From positions 64,001 through 128,000 of IMG/VR virus record IMGVR_UViG_3300042691_026427: a stretch of DNA of 64,000 nt; one strand, given 5' to 3'. The stretch is from a virus. The first letter of the stretch is position 1. Every line of letters begins with the position of its first letter. Positions 59,641 through 64,000 of the stretch are shown here, one piece after another. The position numbers were made by a program, and so were the translations under genes. Under the pieces are notes generated by a model. It saw nothing but the letters and a program-made list of their open reading frames with translations, was not told the DNA's origin and did not search any database.

Positions 59641-60688
59641 GATGTACAGCCTTGATAGGAATTGTAATTCTCTTTGGCTTTGCCAATGCTTTCATCAAAC
59701 TTTTCGGTGCTCCGCATATATCGTCCTGCCATTCTAGTTGATGACAATCGCTGTTGCAGTATTCAAATACTTCGCAAGTATAACATCTAGGATCCCTAGC
59801 TCTTTCGCAAGAAATGTTTTCTAATCTCTGGGGACTTGTTAACAAAGAGGCAATGTCATCATCAATGTGGCCAAATTGATGTTCTGGGGCGCTATTGGGG
59901 CAACCAGATATAGTTCCATCAGCATTTAGGGTAAACAGCTTTTCTTCACAGTCCCTGCAAAATGTAGCGCCATTGGTAAGTCCAATTTCAAATTTAGCAT
60001 AGATGCTTTCCATAAATTCGTTACTGAACCATGACCTTGCGTCATGCTCTACTATCTGATGGTGCATCTTTAAAAACCACTGATCTTGTTCTAAGTTTGT
60101 GGGAAATATATGCAAATTTTCTCTTGCGCTGCCGTTCATAGTGAGACGCTCAAGTGCTAGATCAGTAACGCCTAAATCTCTTATCCATTCCAGCAGATCA
60201 ATAGGTTCCATGGCAACGGTGCCTCGGGTAACACTGACAAACAGTTTGACCTCAACTCCTAGATCAATTAGGGTCTGCAGATTCTTTCGCCATAAGTCGT
60301 ATTGTTTAGGACTGGCAAATCTTATGTCTGGATCCCAGCTAGTTCCTATGCGGCCTCCCAATGGCCCCATGATAAAATCAATCTTGTCCTGTGTTAACTT
60401 ATAAGTTAAGTTGGTAGTGACACCCCAGCTGCGACTAGCCCATAATTCCTGGCATTGATCATACACATACTGCATCGATGATATATCTGCTAAAAAGGGT
60501 TCGCCGCCGTGAAACTCTAAATGTACATGGGGCGCACTAGCTGTTTCAACATGTAGACGTTTAAGCCAATCGGCAACCTTTACATGATCCCAATATATCT
60601 TTGCGCCTTTGCTGCCGCTAGTAAAACAGTGCAGGCAATTGAGATTACAGGTTTCTGTAGTCTTGAGGTAAATCATTAATTCTTTCAT
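59633..60688 (-). CDS. Radical SAM/SPASM protein
   Basis: KTTETCNLNCLHC, FHGGEP; CRDC..GCP..CYTCEVFEYCNSDC..C. Confidence 0.92.
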   Translation of the reverse strand: MKELMIYLKTTETCNLNCLHCFTSGSKGAKIYWDHVKVADWLKRLHVETASAPHVHLEFHGGEPFLADISSMQYVYDQCQELWASRSWGVTTNLTYKLTQDKIDFIMGPLGGRIGTSWDPDIRFASPKQYDLWRKNLQTLIDLGVEVKLFVSVTRGTVAMEPIDLLEWIRDLGVTDLALERLTMNGSARENLHIFPTNLEQDQWFLKMHHQIVEHDARSWFSNEFMESIYAKFEIGLTNGATFCRDCEEKLFTLNADGTISGCPNSAPEHQFGHIDDDIASLLTSPQRLENISCERARDPRCYTCEVFEYCNSDCHQLEWQDDICGAPKSLMKALAKPKRITIPIKAVHHV

Positions 60689-60696
60689 CAGAATAT

Positions 60697-61167
60697 TTAA
60701 TAGCCTACGCTAAGGGCCCAAGTATTTTGTACACTGCTGACTCGATGTAGATAGCCCCGTGGTATTATCACATGCTGACCCGGATGCAATACAACCTTTT
60801 TATTTCGAATGTAAACTGTCTTTCGACCCTTTATTACATGCAGTAATACATTTACATCGTCTTTGTGCCAATCAAAACTGTAGCCAAATTTTTGATTGAC
60901 AAATAGGTGTATGTTTTTAAAATTTATCTTGTTAAAACAAGAACTGACAGCGTGATCTGTTTCAAGGCCTTCAACTTTTATCACAGGATAGGATTTATGC
61001 TGTTCTATCCATTGAGAAAAAGTAAAAAAATCTTTAACTATGCAATCACTGTGTTTATAGTCAGGGTGACCTATAACTTTTATTAAACCCTGTTCATACT
61101 TGGAATAATCTAACAGCTGATCGGCCAGTAATTTACTTACTGTCTTGGTCAGGCAGTGGTCCGCCAT
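60697..61167 (-). CDS. JmjC/cupin-type 2OG oxygenase
   Basis: FDWHKDDVNVLLHVIKGRK.V...LHPGQ..IPRGYLHRV (HxD...H triad). Start uncertain. Confidence 0.75.
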   Translation of the reverse strand: MADHCLTKTVSKLLADQLLDYSKYEQGLIKVIGHPDYKHSDCIVKDFFTFSQWIEQHKSYPVIKVEGLETDHAVSSCFNKINFKNIHLFVNQKFGYSFDWHKDDVNVLLHVIKGRKTVYIRNKKVVLHPGQHVIIPRGYLHRVSSVQNTWALSVGY

Positions 61168-62005
61168 ATTTAGAGCCTCTTATCTTTTTGCCTTTGATAT
61201 AATTGCCCTGGCCGTCTGTATGGCCCTTGCCCTTGCTTTGATGTGCTCTTAACCCTTGACTGACGCAACTGCTGTGATCGCTGCTGCCCAATCGTTTGCT
61301 ACTGCGGCAAAGGTCGGGATCAGTTTTTTCGGATACCGATTGATCTTCTGCCATAGCTGGCTGAGTATCGGAGTAGGCTGAAAATGCCTGCAATGCTTTG
61401 GGATTTTGTTTTAGCCATTGTTCAAACCGTTGAGCATTCATATTGGCAAAAATACCAGTACCTAGTACCCCAGGACTCGGCGGTCTTCCACCTAACTTTA
61501 ACGCAAGTTCATGCGCTTCTTTGTCTCGTAGAATGTTTGCTTGATATTCTCTTTGATTGGCTTTGTCTTTCCAATCCATATAACTAGTCCACGAAGAGCC
61601 GGCTGGCGATCCTTTTCGTAAGTCAGCAGTAGCTGCTGGTCCAAACGCCTCCTCCACACCTTTCTTTTGCAAATAGAAATAGGAACTGACTAAATCACTA
61701 GGAAAGTCTTCATCGTAATTAAACAAGTGTCCTGCTTTCTTACGGCCCATGTCACGGACAACATGCTCCCATGCGGCATTTAATACATCATCTTCAGACG
61801 TCAAATCTGGATATTGACTGAACACTTTTGATGCAATGTTTTCATTGTAGTAATTGCCAAAGTTCTCTCCAACAAGATCGCCCTGACTGGCAGGGCGTTT
61901 CATTGAACCTTTGAGGTGCCCAGCAGGGCCTAGTTTGTTTTTATCGCTGCCCGCAAAGGCTGATGTGGGCATGAAAGCTTCGGTGACAAGTTCGTGTATT
62001 CGCAT
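61133..62005 (-). CDS. Hypothetical protein with MRIHELVTE N-terminus (possible internal head protein)
   Basis: 290 aa; TAAATA upstream; basic C-terminus. Confidence 0.65.
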   Translation of the reverse strand: MRIHELVTEAFMPTSAFAGSDKNKLGPAGHLKGSMKRPASQGDLVGENFGNYYNENIASKVFSQYPDLTSEDDVLNAAWEHVVRDMGRKKAGHLFNYDEDFPSDLVSSYFYLQKKGVEEAFGPAATADLRKGSPAGSSWTSYMDWKDKANQREYQANILRDKEAHELALKLGGRPPSPGVLGTGIFANMNAQRFEQWLKQNPKALQAFSAYSDTQPAMAEDQSVSEKTDPDLCRSSKRLGSSDHSSCVSQGLRAHQSKGKGHTDGQGNYIKGKKIRGSKYGGPLPDQDSK

Positions 62006-62036
62006 AATGTTTTTATTTAGCGAACAACTGGGTCAA

Positions 62037-62363
62037 TCACCTAAACAGGATCAGGCCCATGATGAACGTCTGGGCGGCAAAGCCCAAACAGATAGTGGCA
62101 ATGTAGGCCCGGTTGCGTTCAATCAAACTCTTGAAGAACAATGCAATCAAGGCGCTCCACACAAAAATCATAAGATCTACTGGAGGCAATCTATCACTGT
62201 CCGCCATTAGTACAGCCATCAAGGTAGGAACACTGGCAAGGTGCAACAATAAGATCACTATCCAACCTAGGGTATTGCCCGTAACCCTGCCCAAATGATC
62301 ACGTAGAAAATACCACACCCAACGAGGGGCCATACTCAACATTTCCATAATTCGACGATTCAT
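62037..62363 (-). CDS. Small membrane protein
   Basis: Three hydrophobic segments. Confidence 0.65.
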   Translation of the reverse strand: MNRRIMEMLSMAPRWVWYFLRDHLGRVTGNTLGWIVILLLHLASVPTLMAVLMADSDRLPPVDLMIFVWSALIALFFKSLIERNRAYIATICLGFAAQTFIMGLILFR

Positions 62364-62371
62364 GATAATCC

Positions 62372-62965
62372 TTATTTGTAAAAGATGTGACGGCCGATAT
62401 GTGCCACTTTGGTACGTTTCCAGCCGGGGTTGATATAGTCTCCGTGAAAATACAGAGCCTGCTCTAGACTGGGTAGTCTAAATCCTTCTAGCAAGACTTT
62501 CTTGGCCACAGCCATGCTTTCTTCATATTCGCGGCCATTAGCTGGCTTGACTTTGGTCACGCCCGAGCAGGTCCAACTGAACTGGCACACGACCTTATCC
62601 ATTATGGGGCTCTTTTGATAGATAACCCTGCAGATGTCATCAGGGAACTGGCTGCTTTTAACTCTGTTGAGAGTAACCTGAGCTACAGCTACCTTGCCCT
62701 CAAAAGGCTCACCTCCAGATTCGTAATAGATATTACGGGCTAAACAGTCTAATTGGCGCTCACGTACAGCTACAGTAACTTCTGCGGTGTCGGGCACTGC
62801 TCGGGCTTGTGCCTTGTGATCCATGGCCCAACTTAGTAGATTGATCGATACCCAAAGAGCTGCCACGGCAAAAATCACTGTAAGGATCATGCCCAATGCA
62901 CCAGCTATCTTTTGATCAGTGGACCAACGTTGCTGTTGATCCGCTGTGTTCATGATATTATTCAT
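62372..62965 (-). CDS. Cell wall hydrolase, SleB/Hydrolase_2 family, membrane-anchored
   Basis: CLARNIYYESGGEPFEGKVAVAQVTLNRV, CQFSW, ALYFHGDYINPGW, IGRHIFY; N-terminal TM helix. Confidence 0.9.
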   Translation of the reverse strand: MNNIMNTADQQQRWSTDQKIAGALGMILTVIFAVAALWVSINLLSWAMDHKAQARAVPDTAEVTVAVRERQLDCLARNIYYESGGEPFEGKVAVAQVTLNRVKSSQFPDDICRVIYQKSPIMDKVVCQFSWTCSGVTKVKPANGREYEESMAVAKKVLLEGFRLPSLEQALYFHGDYINPGWKRTKVAHIGRHIFYK

Positions 62966-63201
62966 AACAATGAACCTCCTTGTATATGGTTAATAAGTAA
63001 TGATGTTATGACAGGTTTTAAACACAGTGTTGAACACACTAGTATAACCCTACATCTTGCGGAACTGGACACACAAGTGTGTGTAATCCAGCATAGTGTT
63101 AATTATACGATCTAGTCAGCATCCCGCCAAGTGTGGATCTATCCACTCTTGGTAAAACCAAATCTAACACATACTAATATTTAACAAGAAACAACTTATC
63201 T

Positions 63202-63990
63202 ATGCAAAACCAAAGTACTGGCACAGCCCTGGGCATTATCCAAAGTAGAGGCCTAGGCGACATTTTTATAGCCCTGCCTATAGCCAAGCATTATCATGAT
63301 CAAGGTCGCAAGATCATTTGGCCTATTTGTGAAGAATTCCACAGTGCTGTAGCCCACACGGTGCCCTGGATTGAATGGGTACCTATTCCTGTAGATCCTA
63401 TGGGCAAGTTTTTTTATGATAGACCATATTTTGAACTAGGTCGTAGGGGATGTAGTGAACACATTTGCCTATATCAGGCGCTAACAGGTCATCCAGAATT
63501 CAGCAGTGCAGCCTGGTTTCAAATCCAAAAGTTTGATGAATACAAATATACTCGTGCCCAGGTGCCATTTTATAAAAAATGGACACTGAGAAACTGTTAC
63601 GAGCCTAACAAAGAGCAGACTGCTAGCCTAAAAACTCAATTGCAGTTAGAAGATGGTCAACCTTACTGTGTTGTACATCGCAAGGGCAGTAACTATACCG
63701 CCAGCCCAGATCTATCCAGCTTGCCCCCTGAGTGGCGTGTAATAGACGTAGACAGCTACCCGGGCTACAGTCCGTTTGATTGGGTTCCCCTAATTGAAGC
63801 AGCGGATGCATTTATTGCCATTGATTCAGCATGGAGCAACATGGTGGACCAATTGGATCTCGCGGTGGACAAGTACTGGATTCCTCGCAGTCACATACAC
63901 TTAACTCCAGTATTAGGATCAACATGGACAATATTAGAGCCGCCCCAAGATAGCATGGCGGCAAAAGCAATATTTCAGGCAACAAAATGA
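63202..63990 (+). CDS. Glycosyltransferase-like protein (GT9/heptosyltransferase-like)
   Basis: RGLGDIFIALP N-terminus and LIEAADAFIAIDSAWSN near the C-terminus. Confidence 0.6.
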   Translation: MQNQSTGTALGIIQSRGLGDIFIALPIAKHYHDQGRKIIWPICEEFHSAVAHTVPWIEWVPIPVDPMGKFFYDRPYFELGRRGCSEHICLYQALTGHPEFSSAAWFQIQKFDEYKYTRAQVPFYKKWTLRNCYEPNKEQTASLKTQLQLEDGQPYCVVHRKGSNYTASPDLSSLPPEWRVIDVDSYPGYSPFDWVPLIEAADAFIAIDSAWSNMVDQLDLAVDKYWIPRSHIHLTPVLGSTWTILEPPQDSMAAKAIFQATK

Positions 63991-64000
63991 AAATTTGGAT

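Noticed and set aside
45007-60688. rSAMs as QueE, anaerobic RNR activase or DNA-modification enzymes
   Set aside because: They carry C-terminal SPASM-like Cys clusters and lack nrdD/queD/folE neighbours. This is disfavoured, not formally excluded.
63000-63200. Possible structured ncRNA in the divergent intergenic region (CACAC/GTGTG inverted repeats)
   Set aside because: Only short imperfect stems; no recognisable tRNA or riboswitch. A covariance search would be needed.
1-64000. Stop-codon reassignment as seen in some large phages; tRNA genes
   Set aside because: Genes are full length and densely packed under the standard code, and I recognised no tRNA.

Overview
This is a 64 kb segment of a large lytic tailed phage (T4-like or jumbo myovirus; the host is probably a Proteobacterium, judged from the IscU/IscA/ErpA-type and IF-1 sequences). 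Almost all genes are on the minus strand. Roughly 0.8-40.4 kb is a virion/tail-fibre region: very large adhesin-like proteins with proline-free Gly-X-Y collagen-like (GFTGS) repeats, Ig-like, FN3, beta-propeller and Gly-rich domains, interspersed with 2OG-Fe(II) oxygenases and an orphan QueC-like gene. At 40.5-44.6 kb are an HNH nuclease, infA, an ATP-dependent DNA ligase, three Fe-S assembly genes and a frameshifted NUMOD3-HNH endonuclease. The main find is 44.65-61.2 kb, a tightly packed, single-strand biosynthetic-type cluster of about 18 genes. It holds eight radical SAM enzymes (one with a cobalamin-binding-like domain), a JmjC-like oxygenase, a 2OG oxygenase, a close look-alike of geranyl-diphosphate 2-C-methyltransferase, and a 220-aa candidate substrate ending in CHSSCHNNCHGSRGRR. 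The cluster lies next to phage-encoded Fe-S assembly genes and is preceded by the same TAAATA late-promoter-like motif as the structural genes. I infer a phage-encoded RiPP-like system that post-translationally modifies a (possibly virion) protein. All family assignments come from motif recognition only; no searches were run.
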